DNA from: Podarcis melisellensis
Lineage: Eukaryota
Direction: 5' to 3' (one strand)
Length of the DNA: 64,000 nt
NCBI GenBank assembly: GCA_964234715.1
Contig: OZ174277.1
Below the pieces are notes generated by a model. The model ran no database searches, had not been told where the DNA came from, and saw only the letters and a list, made by a program, of their open reading frames with translations. Shown here in pieces: positions 26,244-38,806 of this stretch. A program made the translations under genes and the position numbers. How positions within the stretch are numbered: the stretch's first letter is position 1; every line of letters begins with the position of its first letter.

Positions 26244-27116
26244 CTGAAAAGCAGATTGACCACTCTTCACTTATTAATCAGAACAGTCAATATTAACTCG
26301 ATGCCAACTAATGTTAACACTTCACCACTTAACTCCATAGCACCACCTACAAGCATGAAGGCACATCTTGGTGATTCCATTTCACTGCTTATGGCATTCT
26401 AGAATTTCAGTTTGTCAACATGTGTCCCACCCTGAAAGCTCCCGCAAATTTTAATAAGTGTAAAGCAGTGTCACATTTTCAGTTAGCAGCATTGAACAGA
26501 TGAGCCCAACACTGTTACTTGTTTTCATTTCAACCTCCAATGGCCAACTAAATAAAAACCTTGCGGACTTCCTTTGACAAGATACTCAGGCTTGGGCCTT
26601 GGTGAACATTAAAAGGCTGAGAATATACTGGAATCCATCTTCGAATGTTTATTCTCACCAAATATGGTGTGTGGAAGGCAGCATTTAGATGGCCAGTCTT
26701 GGTCAATCATAAAGTTCACAATAGGATGAAAAGGGAGACATGACTCTTAAGTATGATGGACCCAAGCTATTGAGGGTTTTATAGGTCTGCCCCCAGTAGT
26801 CTCTGCAATACAAAATTGCTCAGACTCATCAAGATACCAATATGCTAAATTCTTCAGCAACTGAGAAGACAATTGCTTTCCTGAAAAAGCCCCCTGTAAT
26901 CCATGGAATTTTAGAAGAGCCCATCTCAAGGAACAAGGATTGGTACTCATTTTATATTGGAATTTTCTGGGTGTCCCAGTTGAGAAGTGGCTCTGCCCTT
27001 CAGCCCACATGATTAATCTATGATGTTCGTTGTAATCTGCTATTGGAGGTAGGATACTTGGCCACTGCACAGCCTACTGATAGATGCCCAAAAGGCTATT
27101 TTTATATTCCCCTTAC

Positions 27117-27266
27117 CAGCTTTAAAAGTGACGATGCATTTGAGACAGGCAAATTCTGTAGCATCTAACCGAAGCTGTCTAAATCTAGCCACAACCTCTT
27201 GTAAAGCCTGTATTTCTGAGATAATCTTATTCAGCTTTTGAGAATCTGTGTTGTCTCCATTCATTC
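27117..27266 (-). CDS. NR2E1: NR2E1 exon 7
   Basis: ttccag|GA ATG...GCT G|gtaagg; MNGDNTDSQKLNKIISEIQALQEVVARFRQLRLDATEFACLKCIVTFKA; 150 nt. Confidence 0.97.
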
Positions 27267-27590
27267 CTGGAACACAAACATGTGAAATAAATACACTAAT
27301 AGGTCATCTGAATGTATTTTATGGATTGATTTCTGCAAAAAATAAAAATAAAAATCACATGTATCAATAGCTATTCCATTGTTACATTGAGATCCGCTTC
27401 AACACAAAACTAACTATAATGTAGGAAAGTTAGTATGAAATCTTCTGTTGGATGATAACAAACACAGTAATTTGCATTTAAATGACAATGCAAGCAGTCG
27501 TGAATGCAACAAAACAACATTATTTGCATTTAAATATAGATTTATAAATGACAGGTATACTCTATTGTTCGGAAGGGATTTGTTATTCTT

Positions 27591-27794
27591 NNNNNNNNNN
27601 NNNNNNNNNNNNNNNNNNNNNNNNNNNNNNNNNNNNNNNNNNNNNNNNNNNNNNNNNNNNNNNNNNNNNNNNNNNNNNNNNNNNNNNNNNNNNNNNNNNN
27701 NNNNNNNNNNNNNNNNNNNNNNNNNNNNNNNNNNNNNNNNNNNNNNNNNNNNNNNNNNNNNNNNNNNNNNNNNNNNNNNNNNNNNNNNNNNNNN
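27591..27794. other. Assembly gap (204 N), inferred to hold NR2E1 exon 6 (97 nt)
   Basis: Exon 5 ends in phase 0 and exon 7 starts in phase 1. The vertebrate segment LMLLEDAWRELFVLGIAQWAIPVDANTLLAVS was not found in the visible sequence between them. Confidence 0.8.
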
Positions 27795-28263
27795 TGGTGT
27801 ATAATTTATAGATTGATAAACAATTTCACTATGTAAATTTCTGTTGTTTTAGAAATGGCTTTAAAATGCCTGCGCTGTTTTCTCCCATCCCCACTCCTGC
27901 CGGGGACATTTTAGTTCTCGCTTTCTCATCTTGATTAAGAGCATCCATGGATATTATAAAACGCCACCTATTTAATGCTGGGGTGCTGCTTGAAAGGTAT
28001 GGCTTCAGCTGTAAGGTACTGCATAAAACCAAAAATACATGAAGCTCTTCTTGCTCTCCACATGTGAAAGTTGCACAAAAGCTCTACTCTTTATATAAAA
28101 TGAACATTGTCCATCCAGGCTATTTTCTTTCTTCCATCACTGAAAATATTGGGGGGTGGGGAGGAGACACACCTATTTTTCAGACTGAATTTGACTTCCA
28201 CAATCAAGCATCCTCTTTGTTTTTGCAACCTTCTTATAGTCATTTATCCCAATGTAATGTAAT

Positions 28264-28627
28264 GGGACGCAGGTGGCGCTGTGGGTTAAAGCCTCAGTGC
28301 CTAGGACTTGCCGATTGAAAGGTCGGCGGTTCGAATCCCTGCGGCGGGGTGCGCTCCCGCTGCTCAGTCCCAGCGCCTGCCAACCTAGCAGTTCGAAAGC
28401 ACCTCCAGGTGCAAGTAGATAAATAGGGACCGCTTACCAGCGGGAAGGTAAACGGCGTTTCCGTGTGCGGCTCTGGCTCCCCAGAGCAGCGATGTCACGC
28501 TGGCCACGTGACCCGGAAGTGTCTCCGGACAGCGCTGGCCCCTGGCCTCTTAAGTGAGATGGGCGCACAACCCCAGAGTCTGGCAAGACTGGCCCGTACG
28601 GGCAGGGGTACCTTTACCTTTACCTTT
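28264..28627 (+). mobile_element. Sauria SINE, full length
   Basis: tRNA-like head GGGACGCAGGTGGCGCTGTGGGTTAA with B box GGTTCGAATCC; (ACCTTT)n tail; 8-bp TSD AATGTAAT. Confidence 0.9.
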
Positions 28628-28956
28628 AATGTAATAAATTGATCTGGTTAGGGAAGCAAATGACTACCATACAAGTTTTATTATAATTTGTATAGAGTTT
28701 GCAGATAATCATTTCTCCTTGGGTTTGTTTAGGTAGCCACATGTGGTTCCAGGTACCTTCTTCTCTCTCCAGGACAGGCCTGGCCCATTGGGCTAAAGCA
28801 GTTGCGTGGAATGCACAGGGAGTGCTGGTGTTACACAAGTCTTTTGTCAGTGTAGCTCCACACAAAGCTTGTCAAATACTGGACAAAAGGGACCGGAAGA
28901 CATTGTACTTAACTGGGCCTCCTGCATCCCTCAGTGCTGTTCTCCCTACTGTACAA

Positions 28957-29256
28957 TAGGGCTGTCTGGAATTCCCTGGACATAAGCCCCCCTTAAGCAG
29001 CATCCGGTCGGGAAACCGCTGAAATTTCCAGGAAAATCCAGACGTATGGCAGCCCATGCTGGCACACAACAACTTTTGTGTAAGGTTACCAGGTGTCCCC
29101 GTTTCCCGGGGACAGTCCCTGGATTTAGAAATCAGTCCCCTGACCAAATCCATCTATTTAGTAGGAAGTTGAAAAGAGTCCCCAGATTCACTGGAAAGAA
29201 TCTGGTAACTTTATTTTTGTGTCCACATTTTCACTTTCTGAAATATGGCAACCCTA
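28957..29256. mobile_element. Two adjacent hAT non-autonomous elements
   Basis: TAGGGCTG...TATGGCAGCCCA (about 28957-29056) and TAAGGTTACCA...TATGGCAACCCTA (29081-29256). Confidence 0.6.
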
Positions 29257-31415
29257 CTATGGTTTCACTGACAACCACTTCTATGGCTAATGATGGTATT
29301 CAGCCACCAGGTGGTGGTAATGTTGGCTAACCTGCTACAAAGCTGCTCAGCTGTGTATGAAGCCCCACCCCATTCTCCACTGGTCAGGAGAAGGCCAAAA
29401 CACAAGTTTCCCAGCCTTGGGGAGGCAAGATTATCCAGAAGTGACCTTCCTATCTGACTTTGAGATTCCTGATAGCCCCTTGGGACTCAACATTTGACAA
29501 CCTTCCCATACTGACAAAGTCGATCTCCAGTGTTTTGAGGACCAGTCACTCTGCCTGCCCAAAATATTTTGCCATCTGGAGCAAAGGAGAAGACAGACAC
29601 TGCATTCCTGTTCTACATACAGAATCCAATTGGACAGGCAGCTGAATCTTACTTTGGCACTGAAGATGCCACAACATCTTCCCCCATAGCTGAGTGCAGC
29701 ATCTACGATAATAGGAGGTGTGCAGTAGGCAGGTAAAGTCTTTGCTGTTCCCAAGTTAAGGTGTAAATGACTAAGTTAAAAACAACAGAATAATTTAAGT
29801 ATAAAGAACAGCTTCTTTGTTTTCTGTCTCCTTCATTACTGACTGTGATTATTGGAACTATGACTTGCATTTGATGTAAGTGGGAGGACAGCAGAAGAAA
29901 AATGTCTAAACAAAAATCCACAGTTCAGAATTTTGGGTAAGCCGAAACTTTGCAACTCACAGTCTGGTCTATAAAGCCCAGAGAGGATAATGGTGCAGTT
30001 AATGAAATCCTTGGGCTTTAAAAGAGGGATTAATTTCATGTAACAATTCATGCAACTTGCCTTTAATTTTGAATGTTAGATATGCAGCCAGTTCATTTAA
30101 AATGACAGGATAATCTGATTCCTGACATGGATAATAGGCCTATTTTACAGAGATCTGTTCAGTGATCACTTTAATCTGCACTAAGCCATTCCTTGTATAT
30201 TGATGGGACTCTCATTTCTGAGAAAGTTTCTTCCCCCTTTACTTTTCTAGGTCTCAGTTCCTCAATTAGTATGTGCTTTGGAGAAGGTTCTGTGGCAAAG
30301 CAAACGAAGCCTTGCCTTAATTAGAAGTCACCCATGCTGGTGGCAGGGCATTTGCACTGGAAGGAAGAATGTGGAGAATGGGGTGTTGCAACTAATTTAA
30401 TTAGGGGAATACGTAGTCTTTTCCATAAGACAGGAAGAAGCAGAGAGATGATTGCTTGCTTTAAGGTAAGCACCATTTTAATTCAACGGGAGTAGGCATG
30501 GTTAGGATTGCTAATGCTCTTATTGCTCACATCCAATTTAAATTGACATAGTTTAAAACAAGTCAGGTTTTGGGGGGTGAGGGGGAATGTGGCTATCAAA
30601 AATATATAAATTAGCTAAGTACTGCGGACCCCCTGTTTTTCAAAAGCCAAGCCATGGACCCCCTACTTTTTAAATCTCTGGTAGTTCTTGTTATGTGAAT
30701 GGTGCCATGGACCCCTCTGGGTGGGTTACATGGTCCCCCTTGGGTCCTTGGACCACCAATTGGGAACCACTGGCTTTGAGAAACATAGTCCACTCCTATA
30801 CCAATCTGAATCAATGTAGCTGAAGCCCTGATGCAAGTAGTTTTGCCTAAGTTCTGTTGACATCAGTGGGAGAAGGGAGGCACATGACTAACTAGAGTTC
30901 CACTGATTTCAACAGTGCATGAGTGTAACACCACCACAGTTCTGATGCTTAGGGGCTCCAACACATATAGTCTGCCTTGAGTGCACAGGGCACCACTGAA
31001 CTCTTGCTCCAACAGATCACTTGGAGAAGCCAGTTGTATTAAACGTTAGCTCCATGTGGAGGCATATATGTTGCTAACATGGTTTCTGCATTTCCAGATG
31101 CTCTTTCTGGAGCCACCTTTAGTATGCAAATCTCAGCAGTCCTGCATACCCCCACCTGGAGGAATCATCTCAAAAAAATAAAAAACAATGACACCTTCAT
31201 GCAATCCCCATTGAGTTGGCAGTCTGCTGGAGGCCCCAACACCTTCCTGCAAAGGATCATGTGGGAGTTTCTGCCAACCAAGTTGGTTTTGGGGTAGCGA
31301 TGAAATGTGCTAACATCAATAAACTGCAAACATTACCCAATCAGTTTGATTAACTCTTATGGCCTTGTTGAAGATTTTAAAATGAACACCCCTGAACTAA
31401 GACATGAAGCAAGAC

Positions 31416-31640
31416 TAGGGTTGCCATATTTCAGCGAATATCTGGACAGAAAAGTTGTTGAGCTTTTTTTTTTTTTTTAGTTTTGGCAAAACTGCAAAAA
31501 ATAAAATAAAATGCCGTTTTTGAGCTGCCAACATGGGCTGCTGTACGTCCAGATTTTCCTGCACATTTTACCAATTTTCACCTGGACACTGCTGCTGATT
31601 CTGTATATGTCCGGGAAGTTCCAGACATCTGGCAACCCTA
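31416..31640. mobile_element. hAT non-autonomous element (TAGGGTTGCCA TIRs)
   Basis: TIRs TAGGGTTGCCA / TGGCAACCCTA; imperfect 8-bp TSD agcaagac/agcgaggc. Confidence 0.75.
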
Positions 31641-32039
31641 AGCGAGGCTTTCTCTTTCACCTTCCATGGAGGCTTGCCAAGACTTGCCCCCCACATAAAA
31701 CTGTAGAGAATAGGCAAGTGGCATTGGCAGGGACTTATAACTGTGTTTGGTAACCTTTCGTGATAATGATTGCCTTTGTTTTCAGTTATGCTATGACCTT
31801 GACTATTCCACCCCCCATTGTTCTGAATGTTGTACCCGCCTAACCCTTTACAAATAAATCCAGTCTAATTCCCTACTAAAAGCCAGGAATATTAACCACA
31901 AACTCCAACCAAGCAACTCACTGCAGTACATGGTGTGCTACAAAGAAAGAGCAGGTGCTCTGCAGAAGGGGTTTTGCTCTGCAATCAGCTGCAGGTTCAT
32001 GAAGGTGAAGCTACTAACCACAATGGTTTTGCTCGGCCT

Positions 32040-32218
32040 CCACTGTCAGAGGCATTATGCTTCTGAATACTGGTTGCTGGAGACCACAGCAGCAGCGGGT
32101 GGTGCTATTCTGCTTAGGTTCTGCTTGCCGGTGTCTCACAGGCATCCAGTTGGCCACTGTGAGAACAGAATGGTGGACTAGATGGACTGCTGGCCTGATC
32201 CACTAGGCTCATCTTATC
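32040..32218 (+). mobile_element. CR1-like LINE 3' end
   Basis: GTTGGCCACTGTGAGAACAGAATGGTGGACTAGATGGA...GGCCTGATCCA, typical of squamate CR1 3' UTRs. Confidence 0.6.
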
Positions 32219-32413
32219 TAATTAAGTAAGCCAAGACCAGAAGGCAACTGAAAAGGAACCTTTTAAATTATACTGGATGAAGTATATGTTTTAATCCATC
32301 ACTTGGCTAACAACAGCACTGATAATCACATGGTCTAAATCAATCCTGAGCAACCAGCTTAAGAGAAATGTTGTCATTTCCTCCCCCCCCCCCAAATTGC
32401 ATATAAATCTTAC

Positions 32414-32560
32414 CTGATCTTGTAATGATAGAGTAGAAAAAGCAGGGACACTTTTAGCCCATTTGATGCTCATGAAGAGAAGCCTTGCCGCAGACTCACA
32501 AACAGATTCAGTAGCCACTTCGTAGAGATACATGGGAGTGCCACTGACTTCGTGTGGGTA
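32414..32560 (-). CDS. NR2E1: NR2E1 exon 5 (LBD start)
   Basis: ttttag|TAC...CAG|gtaaga; YPHEVSGTPMYLYEVATESVCESAARLLFMSIKWAKSVPAFSTLSLQDQ; 147 nt. Confidence 0.97.
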
Positions 32561-34965
32561 CTAAAATTAAAAGGTTGCATGAAAAATATTTCAGAAGGTA
32601 ATAGGCAGGAGCTTATGTTTGACAAAGAGCTGCTTATTTAATTAAGTACTTGATTATTGAATCTGGGTCTTACAAAGGAGGGTATCAGCAAAACAAAAGA
32701 AAGAAGAAAAATGGTAGGGGGAGATTTTAGGAACCACTGGCTTAACCAACTACCTTAAGATATGCCCCCCCAGCTGATTTACATAGATACTCAAATTTGG
32801 TAGGGTAAGTGGTAAATATTTTGTTTGGTTTGGACAAGTATCAAGGCAATACACAATTAAAAGTCAAACTGAAGAACTGAATATGTGCTAAAATGGCACC
32901 ACATCCTGCCTTTCACACTTCATGCATAGTAAGTGGATCCTGTATTTAGGAAGGTTGATGCTCAGACTAAATCTACACGTGCAACAGAATGAAGTTTTAG
33001 TAGAATATACTTTACCATTCCAGACTATAGGTGAAGGGTGTTTTAAAATGCTTCCTGACATAACATTCTCCCTGTAAGTAAAAAACTAGCACAGTCAGAG
33101 GAAGGACCATGCTGGATTTTCTGTCCCTGACGTGCTCATTTTCCTCTTGCAAGGGGATTTATTTTTCTTATGTGGTGAAGCATTCAAAAATGCACCCCTT
33201 CTCTTATTCTGCTGCATATGTAGTCCAGACCTCAGAGATGAATTTGGGCGAAAATGGGCAGTTATGGATTACAGGGGGAAACATTATGGTGTTTGAGGGA
33301 AATGTCCGTAACCATCACTTCAGCAATAAGTATTATGTGAGTACTTCCAATATTTGGATTCCACTGTCAATACTGTAACAGTTTAAAACTGGGACATCCT
33401 GAGGTATTTGTAAAACTCTGTTTCTCAAAGCAGGGCAATTCAGGTTTGCCGGATGTCTTATAATGCTTCCCATGAAGGCACACGGGGGCCACCATCTTGG
33501 TGAAGCTGAGCAGATCTGGGTCTCATGGGTGCCTGGACTGGGGAGCACCTGACAACTGCTTGCATTCCATGACAAGAAGAGAGGTGGAATATAAATGCAA
33601 GAGAATAAATGTCTCCCTCAGAAATAAGGCACTCACTGACTGAAACATTTTTACTGCAAGGTAAAAGGTTTTTGTTCACCACGGCCTTTGCTATCTGATG
33701 CATTTTAAGCATTCCACTGACAGCTTGATTGAACTTGATTCTAAATGCAATTGTATACGTTATGATATACAGCATCTTGAAATGTTTTGTGATATGTAGC
33801 ACCTTGAAATGCTCACATGGCAGGCAGCAAATAATTTTTTTTAATCCCAGCCAATAGTGTTGGGGGCTGATTCAGATTGGGACCACAGCAAGAGGCAAAA
33901 GGTTTAAGCCCCCCCTAGCCCTTGCCCTTGGTCCCATTACAGATTGCCCCCCTTTTATGTCCCCCCCAAAAAACCCCACCTAATTGGCATCTCATCTACC
34001 TTGGTTCTCAGTCCTGACTCAGTTTGTGAGGGATGTTGATTTAACTTGGCAAGAAGGCGGAACTTTTTCCCGCTCCTCCTCCAAGTGCCCCAGGAAATTG
34101 GTTCCCTTGGGGTCAGGAAAACCCCCAGAGTAGCACACAGTGGGGTAGTGGCAGGATTCTATCTTTCAAGCTGATATGCTTGCACAGTTGGAACGTTTGT
34201 AATAGTGGTACCTTGAATTCCACGCCCTATGCCTGGGCTGGAGCCCCTAGCAACAAGTTTGCAGCAGTGCCATCATGTGAAACAATTCCTCCATACATTA
34301 ATGGGTGGAAACTGAGCATGACAATCGTATGGTTTAACAATTTTAATGATGGGTTCATATTGCTTTTAAAGGTTTTTACATTGCTGTACACCACCCTGAT
34401 CTTTTGTGAGAGGATGGCATATAAACACTTTAATTAAATACAGTCAATGAATAAGTAGTAAGAATGAAGACCACGCATCTGTGCTCCATCTTAAAGGCAT
34501 TCTGATGACTTTGGAACTATCTGGCAATTTGGAACACCTACCAGGATAACTGCTCGCATTGAAGAGGAACCAATATGCAGTATGGTTCATATGGCTTGAC
34601 CAATTTACTCCCGCATTGTACACCAGACATGTCAATCATCTAACTCTGCAATATGCATAATATTTTAAGACATACGGTAAATAATTTACAATTGATTTAG
34701 GCTGCAATCCTGAAGAGGCTTCCGAGGAAGTAAACACCACTGAGACTTCCTTCATTTTTACTCCAACGCATTGTGCAAAAGTCTTGCTTTCACAAATATA
34801 GCATCATTAATTTACCAGGAAGTAATTGCTACACAAGCCAAATGAAGAGGAATCAGATTGAGGAGGCCTCATTCCATACCAATATCACAAGGTCTGGTTT
34901 CTTTTTCTAAAGTCTCTCAGGATAATGATGCATTTCCCCTGAATCAAGAAGGAGAAGGAGCTGAC

Positions 34966-35201
34966 CTTTGGAGTTGGTTGAGCCAGACCCACCAAGGTCT
35001 GTCTTTCAGATGTTGTAGAAACTGCAGCCAGTTCTAGATTGTGAGGTTCCAGCTGAGTAACAGCAGTGAAGAAAGCTGGGGCAGGTAGAGCTGCAGAGGG
35101 GAAATGTGGCGTGGCTCCATTATCCTCCTTGTGTCCTCTGAAATACAGAGCGACTTGTTTCCTTATTGTGGAAGTTCTTGGTCCCCTTTCATGTTGAACC
35201 G
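34966..35201 (-). CDS. NR2E1: NR2E1 exon 4 (T/A box and hinge)
   Basis: ctcag|CG GTT...AAG|gtcagc; AVQHERGPRTSTIRKQVALYFRGHKEDNGATPHFPSAALPAPAFFTAVTQLEPHNLELAAVSTTSERQTLVGLAQPTPK; 236 nt. Confidence 0.97.
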
Positions 35202-37155
35202 CTGAGAATAAAAACCTACATTAGCATGCTACTTGGAATTTGAAGGAAAATTTTTTTTGAAGCCCACTGAAAACTTCTAATGGGATTAACTTGCTGTGTG
35301 ATACATCTCTAATAAAGACGCTAAACTCTGGTGGTGGTTTGCTATATTCAAGCACCACTTCAGTATTTGTTTACTTGCTGTGATGTCATGACATGCTCAT
35401 ATATGTTCTAATTCTTGAGAGTGAAGAGCAATTGAATACAGGATATAACTTCTGTGAGGAAAGTGAAACATTAATTTGGCTAGGAAGGAAACTCATACAG
35501 CAATTCTATGTTGAGGGAAAGAAATAATGTGTTAGACAAGGGATCTTTACAGAACTAAAGATGTGGGTTGAGGGGGGGAAGGAATAAAGAGTTTGTTTTA
35601 GGGCAGGAGCTGAATTTCATCTAGTAATGTGAACTAACTGATCAAATATTCAGCGTCAAATCCCCAGTAATATGGAACTATTTTAAATTATGACTAAGGG
35701 AGGATTCAAATATTCAGTGATCACATGAAACATAAAAAGCATAAAGAGACAAACACTTGCTGCTTACAAGACTGAATAACTGACAAATTAAGCAGCCTCA
35801 CTAGTCTTCAAAGGGAAATGAACATAATTCCAATATAGACAACCACAACAGGAATATCACCCAAAAAAATGGACAGCTTTCCTTTTTGGGTGGTCATTAT
35901 TCAAATATATATTGATTATTGTAACTTTGATATGAGCAGTAGAGAATCTCTTATTTTTGTAGCTGTAATTCAAATTAATTGCCCGACACAGGGAAAAGTA
36001 AAGCATCCTAACCCCATTTTAGAGCGTGGAGAAAAGAAGTGTTTGATTACCAGGACATCTTCAGGGAAATGAAGATATGTACTTTCATCTACCAGCAGTG
36101 GGGAACATTTGGCCATCCACAGTTTGCTGAACTGCAACTTGCATCAGCCCCAGGAAGCATGGCCAATGGCCAGGGATGATAGGAGCTGTAATTCAGCAAC
36201 ATCTAGAAAGCCAAAGGTAACCCAAACCTGATCAACACTAATGCAGCAATAATGTAATATCAGTTAGATTATGCTCCTCTAGATGCACAGGTGCATATTG
36301 TCCCTGCCAATCTACACCCACTCACTTTCATCAGGCATGGGAAATCCGGGACCTTCCAAATATCTTTGGGCTTCAGCTCCCAGTAGAATGGCCAGCTGTC
36401 AGGGCTGATAGGATTTCAACTCCAGTAACATCTGGAGATCCAAAGGCTCCCTATCACTGATTAAGATGTTGGCTCTCCTATGTGCAGCAGCATCTATAAC
36501 CAATATGCGCATGGAAAAGGCAGATCTTTGGACTGCACTTGCACAAGCATACCCTGTGAGTAGCAATCACTTGTTTGATGGGGCAGCTGGATTTGCTTTA
36601 TCAGCCAGGATAAGTTGAAATTGTGCCCTGCTGGAAGGATGGGACCTCGTCAGTGTAGATATTTAACAGCTTTTGTTTGTTTGAGGTTCTTGGGTCCATT
36701 TCCTGATATATAGTCCTACTGACATACCTGGGAGCTCTTCATTTTTTATTTGTATGCAGTCTTTCCATGCATGTCTGCTTGGAAATAAGTCTCACTTAGT
36801 TCAGTGATTCTCACTCCCAGGCAAGATTGCATAGAATCGCAGCCTTTAAAGTGTCATTTAGGATAGCAATCCTTTTCGTCGTCGGTAGTTGTATTTCAAA
36901 AGGGTCTGATTGTGGACAGTTACTTGCAAGCCAAAAATATAGGCAGATTAAGAGGTTTAGCTTTGTGAAGTGGAAAGATAGTTACTTAGGACGGGTCACA
37001 TGAAGAGAATTTTGGGAGACTGCCAATATTGATAGGAACCCTAAGGACAGATCCATTCTCTGGACAATAGTTTTCACAAGCCCATTATATGTTTGCTATC
37101 CATTTCTCTCTGGGTTTTTTTTTTTTTGAGGGGTGGAGGAAGGATGCACAAGTAC

Positions 37156-37243
37156 CGTCTTTGTTCATGTTGACTTCCAAGCATTTCTTCAGCCGACATG
37201 CCCTGCATTGATTCCTATGCGTCTTGTCCACTGGGCAGCCTCC
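37156..37243 (-). CDS. NR2E1: NR2E1 exon 3 (second zinc finger)
   Basis: tttttag|GGA...GAC G|gtactt; [29 protein letters not shown]; 88 nt. Confidence 0.97.
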
Positions 37244-37504
37244 CTAAAAAACAGAGACATATTTCTGAAAAGGGGGACAAAACGTGAGTCTTAGTAAGGA
37301 AATTCTGAAACAGGAAGGTGTCTGGGGATCCTACTAAGATGTGTAGACCCTTTCTCCCTTCTGCCACTCTCACTTCTGCCACTCTCACTTCTGGAGTGCT
37401 GGATGATTGCCAGAAAAAGAAGAATGATGCCCTCCCAGGGCTCTATGAAAATTCCCTGGGGAAGAATAAGCATTAAAGGGGCGTTCTAAAATCTCTATAT
37501 GGAC

Positions 37505-37525
37505 TTCAGCACCCGGGACAGCTCC
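37505..37525 (+). promoter_or_regulatory. RE1/NRSE (REST binding site) in NR2E1 intron 2
   Basis: TTCAGCACCCGGGACAGCTCC versus consensus TTCAGCACCnnGGACAGCGCC: both half-sites intact, canonical 2-nt spacer. Confidence 0.8.
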
Positions 37526-38431
37526 CTGGCACTTGGAGCCTTTGATCACGATCCTGCAGCTACCCACCTGCCGCCCTAGAAAGTATCTTCTTCCTCTCGC
37601 GTATTCCTCGGTTTCTTGCCCCTTGCTTTTCCCGCAGAGTCATAAATAAATGGTCTCACTGATTTCCACCTAACCGCCAAAGGTAAAGAGCAGGACTTCT
37701 GTGTCAAACAACGTGGCTGCCAGAAAAACAAAATAAAAATCCCGGACCTCTTTCTTTTGAGAAATTTCCCTAGAGATTTGGTTTCAGTTGAGCCCTAGGC
37801 GTCCAGATCTCAACTGAACCTGACTACTAAATAGACTTTACAGACTGAGGGTGCAGTCCTATAGGATTGCGTGGACGCTATGATTTGGTGTGCAGAATAT
37901 ATCACCTGCTGAGCTGTGGGTGGGTGTTTGAAATCTGAGGGTTCAGGCTCGGAAGGAGCTGGCATGAACTTGGGGCAGGATCCAACCAAAGCTAAGTGCC
38001 GCTAAGTCACCTTTAAGTAGGTTAGATGGAAGCTGTAATCATTATACCTACTTAGTTAGGAGAAAGGCCAAGAGTCCTCAGTGGGACTTACTCCTCAGTA
38101 AGCTTTACTCAGACTCCCCTACTGAAATCAATGACGCTTCACTTTCGCTAGAATGTGCCCTCTGATTTCTCAGTCCCCCATTCCCTTTCAAAATCGAGCA
38201 AAGGACCAGAAAGGCTAAGCTGCCCGCTGTATTATTTCACTGTAATATCAGATGTATTAGCCTGGGGACATTAATCCAAGCCATCAAAGCTGAACCCACT
38301 TTCATGCATCCCTCAGCTTATTTGAGCAAGGCAGTTGGATACGATGATGTTCTCCTTAACGATCACCAAAAGAAACTGTTTTCCTTTATTACATGCCCTC
38401 CAAAGCATCACTTCCCCTACTGCACTCTGTT

Positions 38432-38558
38432 TCAGGGATGGGGAACCTGTGGCCACCCAGATGTTCCTGGACCATAATGCCCACCATCCCCGAGTAATGG
38501 CTACACTGGCTGAGGCTGAACAACATCTGGAGCGCCCCAGCTGAGCATCCCCATCCCT
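38432..38558. mobile_element. Degenerate palindromic hAT-type MITE
   Basis: CAGGGATGGGGAACC...CATCCCCATCCCTG. Similar decayed copies near 14848-14977, 23188-23313, 36095-36230, 36332-36460 and 53300-53435. Confidence 0.6.
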
Positions 38559-38624
38559 GCTATACTGGAATCCCTGCATTACTTGGCTCAAAACAAGGCT
38601 TCCTCCTATTGCAACCCAAGAGAA

Positions 38625-38806
38625 CAGCCATAGGAACAGAGGCAGTTGCATTATGCTGTGCCAGACCACAGGTTCGTCTAGCTTTGTCCAGAGTGCCTGG
38701 CAGCTGCTTTCCTGTTTCAGGCAGGACCTTCCTGAAGACACCAGGAATTGCGCCTGGGATTTTCTATGGGCGAGGCAGACGCTCTGCCGCTGAGCTACGC
38801 TCCCTC
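38625..38806 (-). mobile_element. Old tRNA-derived SINE
   Basis: Reverse head GGGAGCGTAGCTCAGCGGCAGAGCG, body CAGCTGCCAG...AGCTAGA; related copy on + at about 3826-4020. Confidence 0.55.

Noticed and set aside
28773-28793. AQWARPV resembling NR2E1 exon 6 AQWAIPV
   Set aside because: Flanks do not match LEDAWRELFVLG or DANTLLAVS, and no suitable splice sites give a 97-nt exon; treated as coincidence.
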